Source: Chloroflexota bacterium (lineage in GTDB: Bacteria > Chloroflexota > Dehalococcoidia > Lucifugimonadales > Australimonadaceae). Taken from it: a DNA stretch of 64,000 bases. The stretch covers positions 15,498-79,497 of the forward strand of contig JAPPHT010000060.1 in assembly GCA_028874795.1 (NCBI GenBank). Reading direction: 5' to 3'. The notes under the pieces are model-generated. The model saw nothing but the letters and a program-made list of their open reading frames with translations, was not told the DNA's origin and searched no databases. This document shows positions 26,006-34,514 of the stretch, piece by piece (position 1 is the first letter of the stretch; each line of letters begins with the position of its first letter). The translations under genes were made by a program, and so were the position numbers.

Positions 26006-26147
26006 TAACCCTCACCCGCCGCACAAGCGCGTCGACCCGTTCGGCAGGCTCAGGGCAGGCTCTCTCCCAGAGGGCGAGGTGGGCCTCCGCCCCCCGCCTC
26101 ACGTGACCTGCCCGGTTACCCTGGATTCCCGCCGGTGCGGGAATGAC
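26006..26147. repeat. Hairpin-module cluster (F1 variant-F3)
   Basis: aaccctcacccgccgcacaagcgcgtcgac...ctctcccagagggcgaggtggg and ctggattcccgccggtgcgggaatgac. Confidence 0.85.
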
Positions 26148-26153
26148 GAAGGC

Positions 26154-27104
26154 CTACTGGGCGTTGTGGCGGAGGTGCTCGACGTAGGCGGCGATGCCGG
26201 AGTCGATGTCGTGCTCGGGGGCGTAGCCGACGTCCTCGCCGATGCGCGAAAGGTCCATCACGGGGTTGTGCGCGTTGGACGGGGTGCGTCCGGGCTTGAG
26301 CGCGGAGCAGACCGCGTCCGGCAGCGCCTTCTGCACGGCCTCGAAGACGCGCTTCGTCGAGGTCGCCGCGCCGGAGCCGATGTTGTAGGTGTCGTGCGAC
26401 AGCGATCCGGCGGTGTGCACGAGCTGGATGCCGCGCGCGAGGTCGCCGACGTAGGTCCAGTCGCCCTCGTCGTCCTCGTTGATCCCGCCGCCGGGCCTGT
26501 CGGAGAAGTCGGGGTCCTCGCCCTTGAGGGCGGCGTGGCACATGCGGCTCATGGGGTTGAACATGCTGTAGTAGTAGGGGCCGTAGATGCTGCCGATGCG
26601 GAGCGAAACGACGTTCACGTTTGCCCTTGCGGCGTAGTGGAAGGCGTGTATCTCCATGCCCTTCTTGAACGCCTCCACCTGGGTGCCGGAGTGGACGGGC
26701 AGGGGCATGTCCTCGCGGAACGGCCCCTCCGGGATGCTGCCGTAGACGGACGTGGAGCTGGCGAGCGAGACGCGGCGCATGCCGAGGATGCGCGCCGTCT
26801 CCAGGATGTTCTGCAGGCCGGCGGTGTAGATGCGGTAGTCCTCCTGCGGGCTGATGCCTCGCGCTGGCGGGGCGGCGAACGAGATGATGCTGTCGGCCTT
26901 GTGGCGGTTCGCGACGTCCAGCACCTCGTACAGCTTGGTGACGTCCATGCGGTCGACGAAGGCGCGCTCGTTCAGGTGCGGGGTCAGCGCGTCGGGCACG
27001 CGGTTGGCGCTGTGCTGCGTGATGACGACGCTCTCGCCGGTGTCGAGCAGTCGCAGCGCCGTGTTCAGTCCGATGAAACCCATCCCGCCGATGATCAGGA
27101 TCAT
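26154..27104 (-). CDS. NAD-dependent epimerase/dehydratase family (extended SDR)
   Basis: 316 aa with N-terminal MILIIGGMGFIGLNTALRLL (GxxGxxG) and a YGxxK-like catalytic region. Confidence 0.85.
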   Translation of the reverse strand: MILIIGGMGFIGLNTALRLLDTGESVVITQHSANRVPDALTPHLNERAFVDRMDVTKLYEVLDVANRHKADSIISFAAPPARGISPQEDYRIYTAGLQNILETARILGMRRVSLASSTSVYGSIPEGPFREDMPLPVHSGTQVEAFKKGMEIHAFHYAARANVNVVSLRIGSIYGPYYYSMFNPMSRMCHAALKGEDPDFSDRPGGGINEDDEGDWTYVGDLARGIQLVHTAGSLSHDTYNIGSGAATSTKRVFEAVQKALPDAVCSALKPGRTPSNAHNPVMDLSRIGEDVGYAPEHDIDSGIAAYVEHLRHNAQ

Positions 27105-27197
27105 GTGCTCGTTCTCCCGTCAGTGGTTGTGCCGCCTTCGGCGACCTTCTTGTTTTACCACGAGCGAGGGATGCGTGGGTGGGGAGAGGGAGGGATA

Positions 27198-29705
27198 TCA
27201 CTGCTTCCGGAGTGGTTCAAGATAGGTAAGGATTCCTTTCGGGTTCAGCCCAAGTTGTACTAACGACTTCTCAATTTGGGCCAGGAGGCTGTCGTCGCTC
27301 ACGCTCGTTGCAGTTACGTCTCGAAACAGCGAACGGGCTCTCTGTATCAGCAGATCCAGATTGTTGAAAGTGAGCGCAAAGGTGTCACCTGGGGTGACAT
27401 TGTTCGTCACTAGCGGCACCGAGTTAACGATTACACCCTGGGCCGTGTGAGCGGGATAGTGCACGGAGAACCACTTCATTGCCTCAAGCAACTGGCCGTG
27501 GTCCGACTTGTTCGCTGGCCTTCTATCCATCTTTCGGCTCTTGGCCTCAATCACTAGGGCTTCGGTCGAACTCAACAGCCACAAGACATCAGGTCCGATG
27601 TTGTCCTCGTCATCAGGGCGGCTCGTGCTGTAACCCAGGAGTCTGCCAAGATTCTTGAGGGACTCCTCAAACTGGTTACTCGAAGACTTGGGCGTCAGCC
27701 AATCAACCCACTCCTCAAATTCTGCGAGGAGGCCCCGGCGTGGGCTGTAAGCACTTAGCTGATTCAGTATCTGCTGTGACTGGACCGTTGGTGAAGTCAT
27801 TGGTGTGTGGTGGAAACCGACTCGTGGCCTGAGCAGCATCTTGTTGGAATGATATGCCTGTCGCTGTAGCTCGTCGGACTTCTCGTGGTGGCCCCACAGC
27901 CAAGCGGCTCGCGCAGATTGCTGGCAAAGCCATCCCTTTACCTTGCCATCCACGGCCGGAGTATCTTCGATAAAGGCACCGTGAGTGTCAATGGCTTTGT
28001 CAAAATAGCCGTCAAGTAGGAGCCGGAAGAATCGCCTCTCCTGTCCTGCAACAAGCAAGTTGGTCTTGTTGATGGAAGGACTTGAAGTTTCTTCTGCCAG
28101 AACCTGTGCTTGATACTCCACCCAAGCTTGGTCACGGTTGAAGGATTGGAGTACTGTTTTCCCAAGTTGGTCCAATGAGTAGATTTCTTCGCTGATAGAA
28201 ATGCCCAATTCTAACTGAACACGAGTCGGTGATGTAAGTAAGGAACGGTTCGCATGATTGCTAATCCACTTGGCTAGCGCGTTATCCGCAAGGACAACCA
28301 CACAATGGTCGCCAGCACCTCGAGTTCCTCTTCCCATCCCCTGTTCGATTCTCTGTGCAATGGTGGTGTTAATGGTTGCGCTACCTTCAAGCACAGTTGC
28401 TCTGTATAAGTCGTACGAATTGCTACCAGCAGGCAGTCCGTTTAGCACCAAGAGTCGGCAACTGTCACCTGGTAGGTCAATTCCGTCGTACCTATTGGCC
28501 ATGACTATCGGGCCGTTCTTTGACCTGCGGACTAGGTCATCAATTGCATCAGCTACGGAATCACCATCTACAGTCTCGGCGATCTCCTCCCATGCCTGCG
28601 CTTGCCTTGTTGAGGGTACAAGTATCACAGTTCCGGCTTTCCCTGCCGCCCATGTGACGAGTCTCCGTAAGGCCGGTTCAACCTCCGCCCGGTCAATGCC
28701 CATGAGGTTAGGCACAAGAATCATTCGTTCACCGACACCAGCAAGGGACAAAGGGGCAATGGGTGATGAGACTGAAGAGGGGTCGGCTCCAAAGGTTCGT
28801 ACGATTGAACTGTCGTCAGCAACCGTAGCGGACATGTATATCCTGCGGGGGCACTCAGCGAAGGACGGAAACATGTCTACGTTAGGGTACAAGAGCGTAA
28901 TTGCGAAGTCGCGACGGCTCACGAACGCGTGGCACCTGTCAAAATGGTCACGCAGCAGCGGCCACTGCCACGGGAAATGCTTAGCCTGAAGAGAAGCCAG
29001 TTGCTGCCGGATTTCCTGATGGCTTGTCGACCAACTCCAGTATGGAACTTCAATTACTCCCTCGTCTCTGGCTTCTGTGATGTCATCGAAGGTACCCTGC
29101 TTGCCGATTTCCTCAAATGCGTGGCGAAAGCATTGTGTGAGCTCTCGGTAAGTGTCGGGCAATTGTTCTCGCCCTATGGCTATTGAGAACTGATCCCGAA
29201 CGACAGAAAATGCAGTATGTGCATCATCTAATATGATTGCAGTTGGATGGACTATGTCTCTCCTGCCACCCGCTACTCCAAACTTGCTTAGGCCATTAAA
29301 TAAGGCTTGATATGAGGCAACCATGATTGCCTTGCCACTGAGAAAGTCACCATCTAAGTCTTGCCCGGCTATATATGGGACCACGCGGATACCAAATGGT
29401 GTCGCATGAGAAACTGTCTGCTGGACCAATTGGTTAGTAGCACATAGGAATAGAACAGGACCACCGTTTTCAGCCAACGTGGATTGCGCCATCAGCAGCC
29501 CTACTAAAGTCTTCCCGCCACCCGTATTCAGTTTGAGCACGAGATCTCGCTGGTCTCTCCTACCGAACCATTCGTCAAGCGCCTCGGCCTGGCTCTGCCA
29601 TAGATCGTCTATTCCTTCCGGCTTCGGTAGACGCAAGAAGATATCCTTTGGGTGAACTACCTTGGCATTCGAGCGGGCTCTTCTAAGTCGATCAAAGTCG
29701 ACCAT
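27198..29705 (-). CDS. SF2 (DinG/Rad3-like) helicase fused to a C-terminal PD-(D/E)xK-type nuclease-like domain; candidate single-gene defence protein
   Basis: 835 aa. Motifs are Walker A TGGGKT (aa 61-66), motif II DDAH (aa 160-163), SAT (MSATV), DinG-type C-terminal helicase motifs (ANRYDGIDLPGDSCRLLVLNGLP; QRIEQGMGRGTRGAGD), then GPD(706)VLW...LVIE(720)AK(722)S. G+C is clearly lower than in the flanks. Confidence 0.75.
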   Translation of the reverse strand: MVDFDRLRRARSNAKVVHPKDIFLRLPKPEGIDDLWQSQAEALDEWFGRRDQRDLVLKLNTGGGKTLVGLLMAQSTLAENGGPVLFLCATNQLVQQTVSHATPFGIRVVPYIAGQDLDGDFLSGKAIMVASYQALFNGLSKFGVAGGRRDIVHPTAIILDDAHTAFSVVRDQFSIAIGREQLPDTYRELTQCFRHAFEEIGKQGTFDDITEARDEGVIEVPYWSWSTSHQEIRQQLASLQAKHFPWQWPLLRDHFDRCHAFVSRRDFAITLLYPNVDMFPSFAECPRRIYMSATVADDSSIVRTFGADPSSVSSPIAPLSLAGVGERMILVPNLMGIDRAEVEPALRRLVTWAAGKAGTVILVPSTRQAQAWEEIAETVDGDSVADAIDDLVRRSKNGPIVMANRYDGIDLPGDSCRLLVLNGLPAGSNSYDLYRATVLEGSATINTTIAQRIEQGMGRGTRGAGDHCVVVLADNALAKWISNHANRSLLTSPTRVQLELGISISEEIYSLDQLGKTVLQSFNRDQAWVEYQAQVLAEETSSPSINKTNLLVAGQERRFFRLLLDGYFDKAIDTHGAFIEDTPAVDGKVKGWLCQQSARAAWLWGHHEKSDELQRQAYHSNKMLLRPRVGFHHTPMTSPTVQSQQILNQLSAYSPRRGLLAEFEEWVDWLTPKSSSNQFEESLKNLGRLLGYSTSRPDDEDNIGPDVLWLLSSTEALVIEAKSRKMDRRPANKSDHGQLLEAMKWFSVHYPAHTAQGVIVNSVPLVTNNVTPGDTFALTFNNLDLLIQRARSLFRDVTATSVSDDSLLAQIEKSLVQLGLNPKGILTYLEPLRKQ

Positions 29706-29901
29706 CGTGCGTCTCCTTTCAAGTTAGGCTGCCCTCTGACCGTAAGGAGGAGCTTGCCTGTTCCTGTTTGCCAACATGCATGTGTTGGCGTCTGCGCCAT
29801 GTTCAGGAGTGGTGTCCATTATACGAACCTCCACTCTATCCTATCCTCGTACATGGATATGGCGCCAAGGGATTGCGGAGCTGAGCAGGAGAGGCGGTCG
29901 C

Positions 29902-30396
29902 ATGGCCGAAATCACCTACAGACTCATCAGTGCGGGAGAAGCGGAAGATCTGCACCGCCTTGTGATGCGCGCCTTCGACGAGTTCGTCGCTCCGGACCTG
30001 CCGGAAGGAGGCAGGGAGCATTTCAACGACTACGCGTCGCGTGCCCGGTTGGGAGCGCCGGAGCGCCGGCACGAGACCGTCGTGGCCGTCAGCGAGGGTC
30101 GACCGGTGGGCGTGGGGCGCGTCGGGCGCCGGAACGAAAAGCCGCATATCGACCTGCTGTTCGTGGAGAGGGAGATGCACGGGCAGGGCGTCGGGCGGGA
30201 GCTGGTGCGGCGGCTGCTGGCCATTGCGCGCCGGAGCGATCCAACGGCGGAGCGGGTGACGGTCAACGCAACCCGCTACGCGGTGGCGTTCTACGCTCGG
30301 CTGGGATTCACGCCACGCGGGGAGGAACAGACGGTGGGCGGCATCATCTCGACGCCGATGGAGATCAGGCTGGCTGAGGAACGGCCCATCGCCTGA
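29902..30396 (+). CDS. GNAT family N-acetyltransferase
   Basis: Internal ATG (MAEITYRL). HIDLLFVEREMHGQGVGRELVRRLL...ARLGF fits the acetyl-CoA binding motif A (Q/RxxGxG/A). Confidence 0.85.
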   Translation: MAEITYRLISAGEAEDLHRLVMRAFDEFVAPDLPEGGREHFNDYASRARLGAPERRHETVVAVSEGRPVGVGRVGRRNEKPHIDLLFVEREMHGQGVGRELVRRLLAIARRSDPTAERVTVNATRYAVAFYARLGFTPRGEEQTVGGIISTPMEIRLAEERPIA

Positions 30397-30766
30397 CGCG
30401 GAAGCCCCTGAGTCGCGTGGAGGGGAGCCGCCTGAGCGTCTGGCTATTGGGGTCGACCTCGATGCCCGCGGACTCCAGCGCGGTCACGCCCAGGAGCGGC
30501 TCGGCGTTCGCGTCCCCAATGACGATGGTGGCCCCTACGATCTCGCCCATAATTTCGATCTGAGCGACAGTGACCTCCATGCGTACCTGGCTGCCGTCGG
30601 CCAGGCTGTAGACACGCTCTCCCTTGGGCATCAGGCCGATGGCCTCCAACTGGGGGCGGGGCGCCAGACAGTCGATAGCCCCGGTGTCGACGAGGAAGAG
30701 TCCCTCCCAAGCCTTCTCCGGGTCGGCGGGATTGCGGACGGTGGTGGCTACCTGCGTGATTGCCAT
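30365..30766 (-). CDS. Retropepsin-like (clan AA) aspartyl protease family protein
   Basis: 133 aa with the LVDTGA catalytic motif and a later IGDANAEPLLGVTALE segment. It is convergent with, and slightly overlaps, the GNAT gene. Confidence 0.7.
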   Translation of the reverse strand: MAITQVATTVRNPADPEKAWEGLFLVDTGAIDCLAPRPQLEAIGLMPKGERVYSLADGSQVRMEVTVAQIEIMGEIVGATIVIGDANAEPLLGVTALESAGIEVDPNSQTLRRLPSTRLRGFRVRRWAVPQPA

Positions 30767-30817
30767 ACCTGAAATGTAGGGTTCGCCCGTATACGTGTCA
30801 ATCAGGCCGTGTCAGTC

Positions 30818-31072
30818 CACCCCCATCCCAGCCTTCCCCCGTCGAGGGGGAAGGGACGAAACCCCGCACGACCCTTCCCGGAGGGCCCTCACCCACGCGC
30901 TGAAGCGCGTTGCCCTCTCCCTCAGGAGAGGGCGCGCTAAGGCGCGGGAGAGATTGCTCGACTTCGCTCGAAATGACACGTGCCCCTCCACGCCACTCCC
31001 CGCCGTGTGCTCGGCAGGGCACTCTGGATTCCCGCCTTCGCGGGAATGACGGGAGAGGGCCGGAATGACGGG
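30818..31072. repeat. Hairpin-module cluster (F6-F1 variant-F4-F3)
   Basis: cacccccatcccagccttcccccgtcgagggggaagggac; ggccctcacccacgcgctgaagcgcgttgccctctccctcaggagaggg; gattgctcgacttcgctcgaaatgac; ctggattcccgccttcgcgggaatgac. Confidence 0.85.
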
Positions 31073-31078
31073 GTCTGC

Positions 31079-32377
31079 TTACGCTATTCCCTCGCGGGCG
31101 TTGGCCTCTTCGACGAGGCGGTGGATGCCCCTGATCTGCGCGCTGAACACGAATGCGAGGACGGTGACGGCGATGACGGCCCCGCCGCCGAGCGCTATCG
31201 CGAACGGCGTGCTCGTGTACTGGGCGACGAAACCCGCCTGCAGAGCACCCAGCGGCGCGAGGCTCCACATGACGCCGCGCAGCCCCATGACGCGCCCGCG
31301 GAACTCGGTCGGAACGAGCAGGTTGAGCAGGGTGTTCGAGGCCGTCTGGAACACGGCGTAGAGCCCGCCGTTCGATGCGGCCATCGCGAGCGCGAGCCAG
31401 TACCACTGCATCTGGCCGTTCGCTCCGAACAGCAGCACGGACAGGCCGAGCAGGCCCGCGCCACCGCCAAGCATCCAGGCCTTGCTCTGCTGCTGGCCGA
31501 AGGACGCCGAGAGGAAGATACCGATGAGCCCGCCGATGCCGCTCGCGGTGTGGAGCAGGCCAAGTCCCTCCGGCCCCAGCCCCAGCACGTCTTCCGCGTA
31601 TGCGGGCAGCAGCCACTGGTACGACAGCCCGAAGTAGCCGATGGAGAAGCTCATCATGAGCAGCAGCAGGAAGATGCGGTGCGCGGCGACGAACCGCAGC
31701 CCGTCCGCGATGTCGTGCAGGACGGTGCGCCCCGCCGCACGCGGCAGGTCCGGCAGCCTGATGGTGACGATGGCGATCGCCATCCCGGCGAACCCGGCGG
31801 CGATGAGGAAGAGGGCGACCGCAGCGCCGAAGTGGAAGTCGCCCGTGATGCCGCCCGCGATGGCGATAGGCGCTGTTCCGACCATGGGCGCGAACACGCG
31901 TGTGCCGTTCCAGACGCTCTGGTTGAGCGCGGTGGCGAACATGAACTGCCGCCGCTCGATGAGCGCGGGCCAGACCACGCGGCGGGCCGGCTGGTCCAGC
32001 GAGGTGGAGATGCCGATGAGGAAAGACGAAACGACGACGTGCCAGACCTCGACCTCTCCGATGAGGACGAGCGTTGCCAGTCCGGCGATGATGATGGCGA
32101 CCGTACCCTCGCCGAGCACGATGAGACGGCGCGGGTCCATCCGGTCGGCGAGCGCGCCGGCCACGAGGTTGAAGAAGATGGCGGGGACCGCCTGCGCCGC
32201 TGCAACGAAACCGAGGGCAACCTCTTCGCCGGTGATGTCGTAGACGAGCCATCCCTGGGCGGGGAGGAGGGCCTGGTGGGAGGTGACGCTGGCGACGAGG
32301 CCGAACCAGTAGCGGCGATAGTCCCGCCGCCGGAGGACGGAGAGGAACTCGAAACGTCGAGATACGGTGGAGCGCAC
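31079..32377 (-). CDS. MFS transporter (EntS/MFS_3-like)
   Basis: 432 aa with RRDYRRYWFGLVASV at the N-terminus, typical of this MFS subgroup, and about 12 TM segments. Confidence 0.85.
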   Translation of the reverse strand: MRSTVSRRFEFLSVLRRRDYRRYWFGLVASVTSHQALLPAQGWLVYDITGEEVALGFVAAAQAVPAIFFNLVAGALADRMDPRRLIVLGEGTVAIIIAGLATLVLIGEVEVWHVVVSSFLIGISTSLDQPARRVVWPALIERRQFMFATALNQSVWNGTRVFAPMVGTAPIAIAGGITGDFHFGAAVALFLIAAGFAGMAIAIVTIRLPDLPRAAGRTVLHDIADGLRFVAAHRIFLLLLMMSFSIGYFGLSYQWLLPAYAEDVLGLGPEGLGLLHTASGIGGLIGIFLSASFGQQQSKAWMLGGGAGLLGLSVLLFGANGQMQWYWLALAMAASNGGLYAVFQTASNTLLNLLVPTEFRGRVMGLRGVMWSLAPLGALQAGFVAQYTSTPFAIALGGGAVIAVTVLAFVFSAQIRGIHRLVEEANAREGIA

Positions 32378-32417
32378 GAGGACTACGTTACGCCCGTTCT
32401 CCGTTGGCGTCGAGGAA

Positions 32418-33284
32418 TCAGAGGGACTCGTACCAGCCGGCGAGCGCTTGTCCGACCTCGACGGGCGAGTCCTCCTGGATGAAGTGCAGCCCGCGCACGG
32501 TTACCTCGCGCTGGTTCGGCCACGTCCGGCAGAACTCGCGCTGCGCGCCGGTCAGGGTGATGCCGGGCTCCGCGTTGATGAACAGCTTGGGGACGTCGCT
32601 GGCCGAGAGCCAGTCGGCGTAGCGCCGCACCAGCTCGACCACGTCGGCGGGCTCGCCGTCGAGGGGTATCTGCCGGGGCCACGTGAGGGTGGGGCGACGC
32701 GACTCGCCCGGCTCCATGAAGGGTCGGCGGTAGACCGCGAACTCATCGTCGGAGAGGGTGCGCATGATGCTGGCGGGGAGGACGCGTTCCACGAACAGGT
32801 TCCTCTGCAGGACCATCTCCTCGCCCGCCGGGGAGCGCATCGCCTGGAATATGTTGCGCGCCTGCTCCGGCCACTCGTCCCATGTCATCGGCCGGACGAT
32901 GCCCTCCATGTAGGCGATGCCCTTCACCCGCTCAGGATGGCGGCGACCCCAGTCGAACCCGAGCGCCGAGCCCCAGTCGTGGCCGACGAGCGTGATGCGC
33001 CCTGTCAGGCCGAGGGCGTCGAACCACGCGTCGAGGTAGCGCGCGTGGTCGGCGAAGCGGTACGAGCCGTCGGGCGCCCTGCCGGAGTCGCCCATGCCGA
33101 TGAGGTCGGGGGCGAGGCATCGCGCCAGTCCGGACAGGTGCGGGATGACGTTGCGCCACAGGTAGGACGAGGTGGGATTGCCGTGCAGGAAGACGACCGG
33201 GTCGCCGTCGCCGGTGTCGGCGTAGGTCATCGTGCCGTCGAGGACGGAGGCGGTGTGGCGGGGATGCGGGTCTGCTGCGGTCAT
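32418..33284 (-). CDS. Haloalkane dehalogenase (alpha/beta hydrolase)
   Basis: Start at MTAADPH. VVFLHGNPTSSYLWRNVIPHL and VGHDWGSALGF (nucleophile Asp elbow) are signature haloalkane dehalogenase motifs. Confidence 0.88.
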   Translation of the reverse strand: MTAADPHPRHTASVLDGTMTYADTGDGDPVVFLHGNPTSSYLWRNVIPHLSGLARCLAPDLIGMGDSGRAPDGSYRFADHARYLDAWFDALGLTGRITLVGHDWGSALGFDWGRRHPERVKGIAYMEGIVRPMTWDEWPEQARNIFQAMRSPAGEEMVLQRNLFVERVLPASIMRTLSDDEFAVYRRPFMEPGESRRPTLTWPRQIPLDGEPADVVELVRRYADWLSASDVPKLFINAEPGITLTGAQREFCRTWPNQREVTVRGLHFIQEDSPVEVGQALAGWYESL

Positions 33285-33465
33285 GTGAGGGGCCTTTCGC
33301 GCGGGACCGGAGCCAGACAGGCGGTGCAGGGCCAGCCTGCTTGCAAGGCGTATCCTATCAACAGGGGCGTGGTTCGACAGGCTCACCATGAGCGGTTGAG
33401 TTGACCATGAGCGGGCCTACGCTCGGCCGCTGACATCGTGCCGCGACCGTTGACATCAAGGAGAG

Positions 33466-34314
33466 TTGACCGTGACTGAGCACCCGACACTGGGCGATTT
33501 CATCCTCGGCTTCGAGGGTCTTGGCATCATGCGCTCGTGGACGCTGGACCCGGCGGGTGTGAAGGCGCGGGTGCGGGGCATCGTCGAGATGGCGAGCCGC
33601 CTCGAGGAGGAGCCCTGGTCCAGTCCCGTCGTCGTGGGCGAGAAGGCGGTCACGGACGGCTACGCCGAATGGGCGGCCGTCTACGACGCTCCGGGCAACC
33701 CCGTGGTGTTGGCCGAGGAGCCGGTGGTGCGGGAGGTCGTCTCACGTTACCCCGTGGGCGACGCACTCGACGCGGCCTGCGGCACGGGCAGGCATGCCGC
33801 GCATCTCGCCTCCGCGGGCCACCGGGTCGTCGGCATCGACGCGACGCCCGAGATGCTGGAGCACGCCAGGGCGAAGGTCCCCTCGGCACGCTTCGAGACG
33901 GGGGACCTGACCGCGCTCCCGCTGCCCGATGGCGCCGTGGACCTCGCCGTCTGCTCGTTCGCGCTCACCCACTGCGCCGACCTCGGGCCGCCCGTCAGCG
34001 AGCTCGCGCGCGTGGTGCGGCCCGGCGGACACGTGGTGGTATCCGACGCTCACCCGTTCTCCGTCTACCTGGGGGCGCAAGCCCGCTATCGCGCCGCCGA
34101 GCGGGGTTTCGTCCGCAACCACGTCCACCTGGCGTCCGACTATCTCGCGGCGTTCCAGGCCGCGGGGCTGGAGGTCGTGCGGTGCGTCGAGCCGCTGTGG
34201 GGCGACCGCGAGATCGCGACGTTCGAGTTCGCGGCGGACTTTCCCGACATGCTCGACGCCTCGGTGCGGGGCCTGCCCATCGTCATCGTGTGGGAGTTGG
34301 AGAAGAGGGGGTAG
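33466..34314 (+). CDS. Class I SAM-dependent methyltransferase
   Basis: ALDAACGTGRHAAHLA (motif I), VVGIDATPEML, and VRPGGHVVVSD. It has a TTG/GTG start. Confidence 0.85.
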   Translation: MTVTEHPTLGDFILGFEGLGIMRSWTLDPAGVKARVRGIVEMASRLEEEPWSSPVVVGEKAVTDGYAEWAAVYDAPGNPVVLAEEPVVREVVSRYPVGDALDAACGTGRHAAHLASAGHRVVGIDATPEMLEHARAKVPSARFETGDLTALPLPDGAVDLAVCSFALTHCADLGPPVSELARVVRPGGHVVVSDAHPFSVYLGAQARYRAAERGFVRNHVHLASDYLAAFQAAGLEVVRCVEPLWGDREIATFEFAADFPDMLDASVRGLPIVIVWELEKRG

Positions 34315-34354
34315 CGCAGCGCCCCTCAAGAGACCCCTGGGCAAGCCCCGACGC

Positions 34355-34514
34355 TCCGCCCCTCTCCCTCAGGGCCCTCACCCTAACCCTCTCCCTCAGG
34401 AGAGGGGACCAGACCCCCTGAGAGGATGCTGCGCGCTGAAGCGCGGGCCTGCGCCGGAACGACGAGGTTGCCTCACCGAAGGCAGGCAAGGTCTCCTCAA
34501 GGGGGGAGAGGGGA
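34355..34514. repeat. Hairpin-module cluster (F5 plus degenerate modules)
   Basis: ggccctcaccctaaccctctccctcaggagaggggacc; gcgcgctgaagcgcgggcctgcgccggaacgac; ttgcctcaccgaaggcaggcaa; ctcctcaaggggggagagg. Confidence 0.8.

Noticed and set aside
25695-27263. 522-aa ORF on the plus strand
   Set aside because: It is antisense to the HTH gene, a repeat cluster and the epimerase gene. The minus-strand epimerase has a clear GxxGxxG Rossmann N-terminus.
29776-29901. 42-codon N-terminal extension of the GNAT ORF
   Set aside because: The extension is lower-GC promoter-like DNA shared with the divergent helicase gene. GNAT homology starts at the internal ATG (29902).
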